This document shows, piece by piece, positions 28,540 through 38,268 of a stretch of 64,000 nucleotides of DNA (its first letter is position 1; each line of letters opens with the position of its first letter). Under the pieces are notes generated by a model, which was not told the DNA's origin, did not search any database, and saw only the letters and a list, made by a program, of their open reading frames with translations. Location: contig JAVVEL010000001.1 in assembly GCA_032260385.1 (NCBI GenBank), forward strand, positions 67,355-131,354, read 5' to 3'. The position numbers and the translations under genes are program-made. Source of the DNA: Bacteroidales bacterium. Lineage in GTDB: Bacteria; Bacteroidota; Bacteroidia; Bacteroidales; VadinHA17.

Positions 28540-29769
28540 CTATAAATACTCATTTCGGTCTGAATCAGATCCGATAAAGGGCGCAATGGCCCTGCTGTAT
28601 ATGCCCTGCACCCATGCTATGGCCATCCCGTAGTTGCTTACAGGTATACCGGCTTCAATTGCCAGCCTGAGCCTGTTATGCAATTGTTTGCGCGTTATCA
28701 TGCATCCTCCGCACTGAATGACCAGTGAATAATCTTTCACCGGTCTTCTGGATTCGTCTAGCCCGGCTACAACGTCAAATTGCAGTTTTTTACCTGTGAA
28801 ACTGCTTATCCATCTCGGTATTTTGGTCCTGCCAATATCATCACATGACACATGATGAGTGCAGGATTCAAGAAGTAATACCCGGTCGCCGTCCCTGAGG
28901 TCTGAGATTTTTGGTGTGCCTCTCAGGTAAGCTTCAAAGTCTCCTTTCAGTCTTGCCAGGGCTATGCTGAAACTCGTAAGGGGTATATCATGGGGTACTG
29001 AGGCATCGGCTTTAACAAAAATTTGTGAGTCAGTTACCGCAAGGGCAGGTTTAAGAGAAGACCTTTTCAGGAAACTGTCAATTTCCCTTTCTTTTAAGAC
29101 TATTGCAATGGCATCATTATCAATAATATCCCTGATAGCCTGAACCTGGGGCAGGATAAGCCTGCCTTCAGGTGCTTCAGCGTCAATTGGAGTTATGAGG
29201 AGTACTATATCACCCTGCTCAAGCAGATCACCCAGCAGGGTGGGAACCTTAAGTGCATGTTCGGGAATAGTGTCCTTTATTAGTTTTATAAGCTCTTCAT
29301 AATTCTCTTTTGTCACTGCTGAAAAGCTGATAGGCTCTTTCCCGGTCATATTTTTTACCTTTTCTCTGAAGCCTGTCGAGGGTGTTTCAATATCTGACTT
29401 GGTTTGAACAATAATATAGGGAGTATCTGTATTCCTGAAACTGTCAATAATCATTTCTTCATTCTCATCCCACAAATTATTGTTAAGTAAAAGTATACCC
29501 AGGTCGATTATTTCAAGGACTCTAAGTGATTTTTCCACACGTTTGGATCCCAGTTCTCCCATATCGTCTATGCCTGCAGTATCGATAAGGATCACCGGCC
29601 CGAAACCGCTTATTTCAAATGATTTCTTTACCGGGTCTGTGGTGGTGCCTGCATGTTCAGAGACAATAGCTATTTCCTGTCTGGCCAGTGCATTTATAAG
29701 GCTGCTTTTACCGTTATTCCTTCTTCCGAAAATACCAATGTGGGGTGTGCTTTCCCGGCCTTTCTTCAT
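28540..29769 (-). CDS. hydF: [FeFe]-hydrogenase H-cluster maturation GTPase HydF
   Basis: GTPase motifs GRRNNGKSSLINAL, DTAG and TKSD, with the C-terminal FeS cluster motif CTHH...CGGC at the spacing typical of HydF. Length is 409 aa. Confidence 0.85.
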   Translation of the reverse strand: MKKGRESTPHIGIFGRRNNGKSSLINALARQEIAIVSEHAGTTTDPVKKSFEISGFGPVILIDTAGIDDMGELGSKRVEKSLRVLEIIDLGILLLNNNLWDENEEMIIDSFRNTDTPYIIVQTKSDIETPSTGFREKVKNMTGKEPISFSAVTKENYEELIKLIKDTIPEHALKVPTLLGDLLEQGDIVLLITPIDAEAPEGRLILPQVQAIRDIIDNDAIAIVLKEREIDSFLKRSSLKPALAVTDSQIFVKADASVPHDIPLTSFSIALARLKGDFEAYLRGTPKISDLRDGDRVLLLESCTHHVSCDDIGRTKIPRWISSFTGKKLQFDVVAGLDESRRPVKDYSLVIQCGGCMITRKQLHNRLRLAIEAGIPVSNYGMAIAWVQGIYSRAIAPFIGSDSDRNEYL

Positions 29770-29784
29770 AGTAACTGCAAATTT

Positions 29785-31236
29785 TTAGTGATCCGACCTG
29801 CTGATATCATCAAGGGAAAATCCCATTTTGAGCAGGTTACCCGGTTTCAGTATATCATCCAGTTTCTTACTTTCTATATAACCTGTATGCTCACATGCCT
29901 CAAAAATGTCAGTGTTTTTTTCTTTCATGTACTCTGCAATCTCTGTAGCCTTATTATAACCGATATAAGGGATTAAAGCAGTACTTATGACGGGGCTTTT
30001 TATTAATATCTCGAAGGCAGCTTTTTTATTAACCTTAAGATCATATATCAGGTTCATCGACAGGCTCTTATTTGCATTTATCAGCATTTTGATGCTTTCA
30101 ATAATACTATTGCCGATGACAGGCAGGTATGCGTTAAGGTCAAGGCAGCCCTGTCCGCAGAGGTTGGAAAGAAGCATATCATTGGAATATATTTTATGTG
30201 CTGTACTGATTACAAATTCAGGTATTACAGGGTTAATTTTCCCGGGCATTACAGAGCTGCCTTTCTGTCTCTCCGGGATACTTATCAGACCTGACCTGCT
30301 TATATCGGATGCCATGAGCCTTATATCCGAAGCAATTTTTTCAAGGTTTACGGCATGGGATTTAAGGGTGGCGTGTATTTCAACCCATTTGTCAAGGTTT
30401 GATGTTGCATCATTCAGGTTTTCGCTCCTGCTGAGGGGCAATGAAGTCAGGTGTCTCAGCTCCGGTACAACTTCTATTATGAAGTAACGAGGTGTTGCCA
30501 GTCCGGTTCCCGTTGCTCCTCCGCCGAGATTTACAACCTTAATCCTTTCCTTGCATTTTGAGACTCTCCACCAGTCGCGTGATAAAGCATCATTGTATGC
30601 GCTGAACAGCCTGCCGAAGGATGAAGGAACGGCTTCCTGCATTTGTGTATATCCCGGTCGAAGGAATTCCCGGTATGTTGTTTCCAGTCTTTCAATATTT
30701 TTCCGGAGTGAATTAATTGCTTCCTCAAGTTCTTCAAGAAGCTTCATGGAAGCAATGGTGAGGGCTGTGGGAATGACATCATTTGTGGACTGGTAAATAT
30801 TGGCATGCTCAATAGGATCTATCAGGCTGTAGTCACCCGCGTTATTCCCGCTGTTTATAAGTGCTGCATTTGTGATTATCTCATTTATATTCATATTTAT
30901 GCTTGTGCCGGCACCACCCTGTATGGCAGGGACTATAAAATGACTGTAATACAGTCCGTCTGCTACCTCAATCGCAGCATTTTCAAGAGCATCAATAATC
31001 TCCGGCGGAATAATTTTAAGTGGAGAAGCTCCGGAATATTTCTTTTGTACGGCCTCCGAAAAACGCCTGTACACACGGTAGCAGGCCTGTTTTACCAGTC
31101 CGCTTGCCCTGTACCATTCTTTATGAAAAGGCAGATCTCCCGGGAAATTTTCCACTGCCCTGATTGAGTTGATACCATAAAGAGCTTCTTCAGGTATTCT
31201 TACTTCACCAAGTTTGTCAGATTCAATGCGATCCAT
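29785..31236 (-). CDS. Aspartate ammonia-lyase/class II fumarase superfamily protein (aspartase-like)
   Basis: Signature GSSVMPGKINPV, STNDVIPT and an N-terminus of the RIE.D.LGE..IP..A.YG type, in 483 aa. The gene lies 15 nt upstream of hydF on the same strand. Confidence 0.8.
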   Translation of the reverse strand: MDRIESDKLGEVRIPEEALYGINSIRAVENFPGDLPFHKEWYRASGLVKQACYRVYRRFSEAVQKKYSGASPLKIIPPEIIDALENAAIEVADGLYYSHFIVPAIQGGAGTSINMNINEIITNAALINSGNNAGDYSLIDPIEHANIYQSTNDVIPTALTIASMKLLEELEEAINSLRKNIERLETTYREFLRPGYTQMQEAVPSSFGRLFSAYNDALSRDWWRVSKCKERIKVVNLGGGATGTGLATPRYFIIEVVPELRHLTSLPLSRSENLNDATSNLDKWVEIHATLKSHAVNLEKIASDIRLMASDISRSGLISIPERQKGSSVMPGKINPVIPEFVISTAHKIYSNDMLLSNLCGQGCLDLNAYLPVIGNSIIESIKMLINANKSLSMNLIYDLKVNKKAAFEILIKSPVISTALIPYIGYNKATEIAEYMKEKNTDIFEACEHTGYIESKKLDDILKPGNLLKMGFSLDDISRSDH

Positions 31237-31324
31237 GGGCTTAATTTTTTCTCGTCAACAAATTTAGTCAAAAAAGCCGCTAAGTCATTTTTAAGGCGGT
31301 GCAAAATCTCCTTTATCAGCGCCC

Positions 31325-32617
31325 TCAGTTTCCGAACCTCGGGTTTACGACATTATTATAGATTGAACCAAATGAATAGGTGAGCCCAAGTTCAAATGAG
31401 TATGAGTAGCTTGTTTTGAGTGCTCTCTGTCGTGTCAGGACTTCCTGTTCGGTAGCATCACCCTTTACCAGGTTCCGCTGATCATGTATAAGGTTTGCCC
31501 TTGTCTGGACATTAACAGAGAGGCCTTTGTATATCCTGTAATAAATACTGGCCCTCAGGCCCAGGTTATTTTTGGAAAAGTCGTGGAGATAGTTTGACCA
31601 TGTCATTGACAACCACCCGGAACCCCAGGGTTGGTTGAAACCCAGTGAAGTACTGAGATAATGGCTCAGCAGGAATTCACTCGTTTTAAAAAAGGTGGTG
31701 GTATCGTTATAGTTGCTGTATTTGCCGGTCAGCCCGTATTGTATCCTGAACTGTCTTTTGAAAGACTCTTCATAGGGGAAGAGGTTATATTCAATAGCCG
31801 GGCCTATGCTTGTTGCCAGCTTATAGTTATTATATGTGTCACTTTCAATGGATGCACGTCCTCCGGCCGACCATTTATGCCCCAGGCTTTTTACCAGGAG
31901 AGTCCTGATGCTCCAGTTTTCCCGGTAGGATTTGCTTTCGGTACTTGTATAATAGGTTTGCCTGTTTGAATAGCTCAGGTCAAATTCCATCTTCAGATCC
32001 GGGGTTACCCTGTCAGCAGTCAGTGAAGAGCTGGTCCTGGATGTTTCATAGTTTTCATCTTTTTGGAACTCCCCTGAGCCACTGAGCCTGAACATCCAGC
32101 TATTCCATGGATCATCCTGAACAGAGCTTTGAATCCCGTTGCTGCCATCACTCCCCGTAGCGTTATCTTCATAGATAATCCTGATATTTTTGCTCATCGG
32201 CGTGCGGGCCACGAATTGCATCAACCCCATGGCCAGCACATTAGCCCTGGCCCTCCTGATCTCATCCGCGGTCTGGTCAACAGGTGAGAAAAAGATCATT
32301 GCTTCCTGTATGTCAGAGAAATCATCCTGGCCAATAAAGTCGATTATATATTCACCTCCGCCACCTCCGGTAACCCTTCTTCGCACCAATATATGTACGT
32401 CGGCTTCATCCTTATTATTGACATAATTAACAAAGGGAATTGTCTGCTTGATGTAATTCCTGTCACACCAGCGGCAGTCTAAAAATATGTTCAGGGCTTC
32501 CTGGCGGGGGCTTGAATCTTCGCTATTTTCATCCTTTATGTTTACATTCGTAACTTCCTGTGCAAAAGCAATATAATTTACTGCCAGTAAAAGTAGTAAG
32601 CTAATATATCTTATCAT
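31325..32617 (-). CDS. Hypothetical outer-membrane protein (N-terminal soluble domain plus predicted beta-barrel)
   Basis: Signal peptide MIRYISLLLLLAVNYIAFAQ. The C-terminal two thirds show alternating aromatic/polar beta-strand periodicity, and the protein ends ...NPRFGN. No family is recognised with confidence. Confidence 0.5.
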   Translation of the reverse strand: MIRYISLLLLLAVNYIAFAQEVTNVNIKDENSEDSSPRQEALNIFLDCRWCDRNYIKQTIPFVNYVNNKDEADVHILVRRRVTGGGGGEYIIDFIGQDDFSDIQEAMIFFSPVDQTADEIRRARANVLAMGLMQFVARTPMSKNIRIIYEDNATGSDGSNGIQSSVQDDPWNSWMFRLSGSGEFQKDENYETSRTSSSLTADRVTPDLKMEFDLSYSNRQTYYTSTESKSYRENWSIRTLLVKSLGHKWSAGGRASIESDTYNNYKLATSIGPAIEYNLFPYEESFKRQFRIQYGLTGKYSNYNDTTTFFKTSEFLLSHYLSTSLGFNQPWGSGWLSMTWSNYLHDFSKNNLGLRASIYYRIYKGLSVNVQTRANLIHDQRNLVKGDATEQEVLTRQRALKTSYSYSFELGLTYSFGSIYNNVVNPRFGN

Positions 32618-32718
32618 TTCATAATAAGTGTCAATAAGTGAATTACAAAGCTATCCAAATACCCACTTATTAATGAAGTATGCCTGTTAAAAAAAGTTAA
32701 GCAGCTAATTCTGTGATA

Positions 32719-33891
32719 TTATTTGTTGCCGGAGATGGGATGGGCATAAGCAACCACATCCTTGCCCGTAATCTTTTCCGGACAAAGTATGATAAGTCGC
32801 TCAAGAACATTTCTGAATTCCCTGATATTGCCGGTCCATTCTATCTTTTTCAGTTCCTTGATTGCAGATTCTTCTATAGTCCTGAGACTAACTCCGTATT
32901 CATAGCAGATAAGGTGGTTAAAATGTTCGGCCAGCAGGGGAATATCGTCAATCCTTTCATTCAGTTTCGGAACATCTATCAATATAACGCTAAGGCGATG
33001 ATAGAGGTCTTCCCGGAAGTTGTTTTTATCAATTTCCAGACTAATATTTTTATTTGTTGCAGCAATGACCCTTACATCAACCTTTATGTCTTTATCAGAG
33101 CCAACACGTGATATTTTGTTTTCCTGCAAGGCTCTCAGCACTTTTGCCTGTGCAGGAAGACTCATGTCACCGATCTCATCAAGGAAGATAGTCCCGCCAT
33201 TTGCCTGTTCAAATTTTCCTATTCTCTGTTTATGGGCAGAGGTGAATGAACCTTTTTCATGTCCGAAAAGTTCACTTTCTATAAGCTCTGAAGGTATGGC
33301 AGCGCAGTTTACCTCTACGAAAGGGCCTTTTGACCTGCTGCTTTTTTCATGTATCTGGTGAGCTACAAGTTCCTTACCCGTTCCGCTGGCACCGGTTATC
33401 AAAACCCTTGCTTCAGTGGGAGCGATCCTGTCGATCATTTCTTTAACCCTGACTATTTCCTTTGATTCGCCAACTATCTCAAACTTTTTGTTTACCTGTT
33501 TCTTCAGGGTCTTGGTCTGTGTTATAAGATTTGATTTATCCATGGCATTTCTCATGGTAATCAGGAGCCTGTTCAGGTCGAGAGGTTTTTCGAGGAAATC
33601 AAAAGCTCCCTTTTTAATTGCTTCAACGGCTGTATCAATATTGCCATGTCCTGATATCATTATCACCGGGATATCATCAGACATTTCCTGGATCTTCTCC
33701 AGAACTTCTATTCCATCCATTTTGTCCATCTTGATATCGCACAGGATAACATCATAGTTGTTCTCTCCGAATAGCTCCAGCCCGCTGATCCCGTTTTCTG
33801 CAAGATCCACCTCATGCTTCTCGTATTCAAGAACCTCTTTCAGGGTATTCCTTATAGCTTTTTCGTCGTCTATTACAAGTACCTTGGCCAT
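32719..33891 (-). CDS. Sigma-54-dependent response regulator (REC + AAA+), lacking a C-terminal HTH domain
   Basis: The REC domain has the acceptor Asp (ILCDIKMDKMDG). AAA+ motifs are Walker A GASGTGKE, Walker B IFLDEIG and a GAFTGA-loop variant ELFGHEKGSFTSA. The protein ends about 15 aa after the AAA+ lid, at 390 aa. Confidence 0.8.
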   Translation of the reverse strand: MAKVLVIDDEKAIRNTLKEVLEYEKHEVDLAENGISGLELFGENNYDVILCDIKMDKMDGIEVLEKIQEMSDDIPVIMISGHGNIDTAVEAIKKGAFDFLEKPLDLNRLLITMRNAMDKSNLITQTKTLKKQVNKKFEIVGESKEIVRVKEMIDRIAPTEARVLITGASGTGKELVAHQIHEKSSRSKGPFVEVNCAAIPSELIESELFGHEKGSFTSAHKQRIGKFEQANGGTIFLDEIGDMSLPAQAKVLRALQENKISRVGSDKDIKVDVRVIAATNKNISLEIDKNNFREDLYHRLSVILIDVPKLNERIDDIPLLAEHFNHLICYEYGVSLRTIEESAIKELKKIEWTGNIREFRNVLERLIILCPEKITGKDVVAYAHPISGNK

Positions 33892-33895
33892 TATT

Positions 33896-33935
33896 GTTTA
33901 GGGGTTAAGAGGTTTAGAGGTTTAGGGGTTTAGCC
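33896..33935. repeat. 8-bp tandem repeat (GTTTAGGG-like) x5 filling the 44-bp spacer between the ABC permease stop and the response-regulator start
   Basis: gtttaggg gttaagag gtttagag gtttaggg gtttagcc. On the coding (minus) strand this reads as a nearly G-free CCCUAAAC array that ends 4 nt before the ATG. Confidence 0.9.
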
Positions 33936-35300
33936 TCAGCCTTTATATCTTATCCATTTCCACATTTCCTTATAAGTTACTTTCTTGCCGTACATCAGTA
34001 TTCCTATCCTGTATATTCTGGCAGCGAGGAAAACGAAAGCCACAAAGGTTGCAACAAGCACTATTATTGAAACTGCAACTTCCCAGACGGGAACCTCAAA
34101 GGGCAGGCGTGCCATCATTACTATGGGGGATGTAAAGGGGATCATTGAAAACCAGAACGACAGCGAGCTTTCCGGATTTTCCATTGTCCCTATAGCCACA
34201 AACAAAGCAAGAATTATGGGTAGCATTATAGGGAACATAAATTGCTGTGTATCGGTATCCGTATCCACGGCTGAGCCAATGGCAGCGAAAACAGAGGCAT
34301 AAAGCAGGTAGCCGAATATGAAGTAGAAGAAAAAGGAGATAAGGATAAAGGGCCAGTTTACATTCATCAGGTTATTAAAGATCTTGGCGAATTCCTGTTC
34401 CTGTGCAGAAAGGTCCATTGACTGCATAACAGCTTCATCGTCCATTGTTCCCTGTCCCTGGTTCATAACACTACGGGAAATTTGTTCGCTCATAGCTTTG
34501 GGATCATCCGGGAGTACTTGTGATTGTACTACTGTAAGTATAGCAAATGACAGTATGATCCATACCGAGAACTGTGTAAGTCCTACCAGCGCTATCCCGA
34601 TTATCTTTCCCATCATTAGCTCAACAGGCTTAACTGATGATATTATTACTTCAACGATGCGGTTGTTCTTCTCTTCAAATACACCTCTCATTACCTGTAC
34701 GCCGAACATGATTACCACCATGTACATTAAGAAGGCTCCTATATAGGCCAGCGCCATTGATATACCCGTGCTTGTTTCTTTCGTTTCCCCTGCATCATCA
34801 ATCCTGATAGTCTGTACCGCAACATCTGTCTGGACACTTTTCAGGATTTTATCCAAATCCTCTATATCGTAAGCGAGCAGTTTCTTGTTTTCAATATCCT
34901 GTTCCAGCGCTCTTTCTATATACTGAAGCAGATCCATCGGTGGTTGTTTTTTTGAGATCAGCTGTACGGCCTGCGGCACATTTGTTACCACGGGAGATAT
35001 ATAGAGTATGCCATAGTAACCATCCTCTTCGAAGCTCCCTTTCTTCTGATTTATATCTGCATTAGCAATATACTCAAAATCAACATCTTCCCTGTCCTTT
35101 AATACTCCTTTAAACAGGTCACTGCCGTCTTCTATCACTGCGATTTTCTTGAAATCCTTATCCTGGTTGCCCATTATTAACACAGGTACAAGGAAAAGTG
35201 CAACAAAAATAAGAGGGGTCAGTAAAGTCATCAATATGAAAGATTTCTTCTTAACCCTTGAGGTGTATTCTCTTGTTATGATGGTTGATATGTTTCCCAT
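33936..35300 (-). CDS. ABC-2 type transporter permease (NatB-like)
   Basis: 454 aa with an N-terminal TM segment, a large extracytoplasmic loop and five C-terminal TM segments. It follows a cognate ATPase gene. Confidence 0.75.
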   Translation of the reverse strand: MGNISTIITREYTSRVKKKSFILMTLLTPLIFVALFLVPVLIMGNQDKDFKKIAVIEDGSDLFKGVLKDREDVDFEYIANADINQKKGSFEEDGYYGILYISPVVTNVPQAVQLISKKQPPMDLLQYIERALEQDIENKKLLAYDIEDLDKILKSVQTDVAVQTIRIDDAGETKETSTGISMALAYIGAFLMYMVVIMFGVQVMRGVFEEKNNRIVEVIISSVKPVELMMGKIIGIALVGLTQFSVWIILSFAILTVVQSQVLPDDPKAMSEQISRSVMNQGQGTMDDEAVMQSMDLSAQEQEFAKIFNNLMNVNWPFILISFFFYFIFGYLLYASVFAAIGSAVDTDTDTQQFMFPIMLPIILALFVAIGTMENPESSLSFWFSMIPFTSPIVMMARLPFEVPVWEVAVSIIVLVATFVAFVFLAARIYRIGILMYGKKVTYKEMWKWIRYKG

Positions 35301-35317
35301 AATTTTAAGCGTTTGGC

Positions 35318-36232
35318 TCAGTTGTTTTTGTTTGCTTCAACTACACGTATGAATATTTCGTTCATTGATGGAAGGGCTGGATTAAAGGAAAGTACACTTC
35401 CCTTATCGATCATATCCCTGATTATCTCGTTTATATCAAGCTTATCTGGTGTCTTGAGCCTTACGGTTGTTTTGTCATCTTCACTTATGCTTTTAAGAAC
35501 TTCATAATGGCTGTTTCCGCTTATGTTAGCCTCGCCCCTGAAAACTACGTCATATTCATTTGCTGCCCATTCTTCGCGAATTCTTGATACACTGCCCTCT
35601 AGTATTGACCTTGCCCTGTCAATCAGGGTAATATTATCGCACATCTCTTCGACCGAGCCCATATTATGGGTAGAAAAGATAACAGTTGCCCCTTTGTCCC
35701 GCAGCATCAGTATTTCATCCTTCAGAATGCTTGCATTAATGGGGTCGAAGCCACTGAAGGGCTCGTCAAAGATCAGCAGCTTGGGTTCATGAAGGACTGT
35801 GGTTACAAACTGAACCTTCTGTTGCATCCCTTTTGACAGTTCTTCCACTTTTTTATCCCACCAGTCGATTATTTCGAGCCGTGTAAACCAGTCTTTGAGC
35901 CTGGCCATTGCATCATGCTTGCTCAGCCCCTTCAGCCGGGCCAGGTAGAGGGCCTGTTCCCCGACTTTCATTTTTTTGTAGAGGCCTCTTTCTTCCGGAA
36001 GATATCCTATGTTTGCCAGGTCATTTCTTGTAATCTTATGACCATCAAGCATCACTGATCCGCTGTCGGGAGCAGTAATCTGGTTTATTATCCTGAGCAG
36101 GGTGGTCTTGCCTGCTCCGTTGGGTCCCAGGAGTCCGTATATGGACTGTTTCGGTACTATCATACTGAGATTATCCAGTGCCAGGTGGTTCCTGAACTGT
36201 TTTACGACGTTTTCAGCCTTCAGAAGTGACAT
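35318..36232 (-). CDS. ABC transporter ATP-binding protein (NatA-like, with a C-terminal accessory domain)
   Basis: Walker A GPNGAGKTT, signature LSKGMQQK and Walker B LLIFDEP, in 304 aa. Confidence 0.9.
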   Translation of the reverse strand: MSLLKAENVVKQFRNHLALDNLSMIVPKQSIYGLLGPNGAGKTTLLRIINQITAPDSGSVMLDGHKITRNDLANIGYLPEERGLYKKMKVGEQALYLARLKGLSKHDAMARLKDWFTRLEIIDWWDKKVEELSKGMQQKVQFVTTVLHEPKLLIFDEPFSGFDPINASILKDEILMLRDKGATVIFSTHNMGSVEEMCDNITLIDRARSILEGSVSRIREEWAANEYDVVFRGEANISGNSHYEVLKSISEDDKTTVRLKTPDKLDINEIIRDMIDKGSVLSFNPALPSMNEIFIRVVEANKNN

Positions 36233-36284
36233 TTACTATGTTTTACCGGTTTAAAATTGAGTTTGTAAATATATAAAACTTTTA

Positions 36285-37439
36285 TTATTCGAAGTATGAT
36301 TTCATACGCTCGAAGAATCCCCTGTCATCTTTTCCCGGTTGTGGGGTAAAGGATTCTGAATTGCTCATTTTCTCAATTAATTTTTGTTCTTCAGAGCTTA
36401 TCTTTTTAGGTATCCATACATTAACACTGACAAGAAGATCCCCTTTGCCGTAACCATTTACTTCAGGAAGGCCTTTACCTCTGAGCCTAAGTATCTTCCC
36501 CGGCTGTGTTCCCTGTTCTATCTTAATTTTAACTTTACTTTCAACAGTTGGTATTTCCACATTGGTACCCAGTATTGCCTCAGGTACACTTATATACAGG
36601 TTATAGATAAGGTCTTTGCCTTCCCTGTAAAGATCGGGGTGTTCTTCCTCGTCAATCATAACAAGCAGATCACCTGGTACTCCCCCGCGTCTTGCTGCAT
36701 TTCCCTTGCCACTGACAGTCATCTGCATTCCTTTAGCCACACCTGCGGGGATATTGATCTTGATTATTTCCTGTTCTTTGACTATTCCTTCACCAAAGCA
36801 TTTGCTGCACTTTCTCGTGATAATCTTTCCTTCCCCTCCACAGGTAGGGCAGGTTGAAGTGCTCTGCATCTGCCCCAGCAATGTGTTGGTTACCCTTGTT
36901 ACATGACCGGAGCCCCGGCATGTGTCACAGGTGGAGTAGCTGTTACTGTCGGCAGCTCCTGAACCCCCGCAGCTCGTACAGCTGACATATTTGTTCACCT
37001 TGATTTTTTTCTCGGCTCCATTTGCTATTTCTTTCAGGTCCAGCTTTACCTTAACCCTGAGATTTGAGCCCTTGTTTACTCTCTGCCGGCTTCTTCCCCC
37101 GCCACCAAAGCCACCAAAACCCCCAAAGCCGCCAAAAGCATCACCGAAGATATCACCGAAGGAAGAAAAAATATCTTCCATGGTCATACCACCTCCGCCA
37201 AAACCGTTTTGACCGCCAAGGCCGGCATGACCATACCGGTCGTAACGTGCCTTCTTATCATCATCACGTAACACTTCGTAGGCTTCGGCTGCCTCCTTGA
37301 ATTTATTCTCCGCTTCCTTATCACCCGGATTTTTATCAGGGTGATATTTCAGAGCTTTCTGCCGGTAAGCTTTTTTTATCTCTTCTTTTGTTGCATTCTT
37401 GGATACACCCAGTACTTCGTAATAATCTCTTTTACTCAT
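36285..37439 (-). CDS. dnaJ: Molecular chaperone DnaJ
   Basis: J-domain with HPDKNP, a G/F-rich region and four CxxCxGxG zinc-finger repeats. Confidence 0.97.
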   Translation of the reverse strand: MSKRDYYEVLGVSKNATKEEIKKAYRQKALKYHPDKNPGDKEAENKFKEAAEAYEVLRDDDKKARYDRYGHAGLGGQNGFGGGGMTMEDIFSSFGDIFGDAFGGFGGFGGFGGGGRSRQRVNKGSNLRVKVKLDLKEIANGAEKKIKVNKYVSCTSCGGSGAADSNSYSTCDTCRGSGHVTRVTNTLLGQMQSTSTCPTCGGEGKIITRKCSKCFGEGIVKEQEIIKINIPAGVAKGMQMTVSGKGNAARRGGVPGDLLVMIDEEEHPDLYREGKDLIYNLYISVPEAILGTNVEIPTVESKVKIKIEQGTQPGKILRLRGKGLPEVNGYGKGDLLVSVNVWIPKKISSEEQKLIEKMSNSESFTPQPGKDDRGFFERMKSYFE

Positions 37440-37450
37440 CCTCTCTTATA

Positions 37451-38107
37451 TTATTCTCCCACTACCACTTTAGAGTAACGTATTATCTTATCATTCAAAT
37501 AATAGCCTTTTTGAATAACATCCACAACCTTGCCTTTTTTCTTCTTTTCAGTAGCCGGAATCTTGGTTATTGCCTCGTGCAAATCGGTATCAAAATCTTT
37601 ATCCATGGCTTCTATTTCCTTTACGCCATGCTGTTTGAGGAAATCCTTCATCTTGCCGTAGATGAGGTGGATACCTTCCTTCATTGCCTCACAGTCTGAT
37701 ACATTATCCATCAGGTTAATTGCCCTGTCAAAATCATCCATTACAGGCAGGAGTTTGATAAGTACACCTTCACCGGCTGATTTGGTAAGTTCTATTCGCT
37801 CTTTTAACGTTCTCTTGCGGTAATTATCGAATTCTGCAGAGAGGCGCAGGTATTTATCCTGCAATTCTGCCAGTTTTGTCTCAGGATCTTCCTCACTTTC
37901 TTCACTCCTGTCAGCTTCCTCTTCTTTTTCGATGTCCGAAGCCTCCCGCTTGCTTACTCTTTCATTTGATTCTTTTTCTCCTTCCCCAACAGACTCCTCT
38001 TCTTCATGAATGGCATTAGTCCTTATCTTATCGTCCTCTCTAACAGCCTGTTGGGCTTCAGATGACCTTTCCTCTTCTTCCTCTTTACCGCTGTTCTTCT
38101 TTACCAT
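37451..38107 (-). CDS. grpE: Nucleotide exchange factor GrpE (with a long acidic N-terminal extension)
   Basis: C-terminal GrpE core (LKLLPVMDDFDRA...DTDLHEA...GY.L.DKIIR.SKV.V). The gene is 11 nt upstream of dnaJ. Confidence 0.92.
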   Translation of the reverse strand: MVKKNSGKEEEEERSSEAQQAVREDDKIRTNAIHEEEESVGEGEKESNERVSKREASDIEKEEEADRSEESEEDPETKLAELQDKYLRLSAEFDNYRKRTLKERIELTKSAGEGVLIKLLPVMDDFDRAINLMDNVSDCEAMKEGIHLIYGKMKDFLKQHGVKEIEAMDKDFDTDLHEAITKIPATEKKKKGKVVDVIQKGYYLNDKIIRYSKVVVGE

Positions 38108-38268
38108 ATATTTTCATTTTTGAGTTAATCATAAGAGGGAACATCAAATAACCTGCCATATGAATTGTGGGGACAAAATGTCATGAATAATTGTTAATAT
38201 TTGTGTTTAATGTAGTAATTTGATTTCCCGTGAGTCTAATAAATAAAACCGATTATAGAATTATATGA

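Noticed and set aside
33896-33935. CRISPR array hypothesis for the short tandem repeats (also 19177, 39507, 47478, 48703)
   Set aside because: The units are 8-18 bp (about 42 bp at the 48703 locus) and directly abutting, with no unique spacers. No cas genes are present. They are microsatellite-type tandem repeats, not CRISPRs.
37086-37150. Repetitive CCACCAAAGCC-like DNA within dnaJ
   Set aside because: It encodes the canonical Gly/Phe-rich linker ([11 protein letters not shown]) of DnaJ and is not an independent repeat element.
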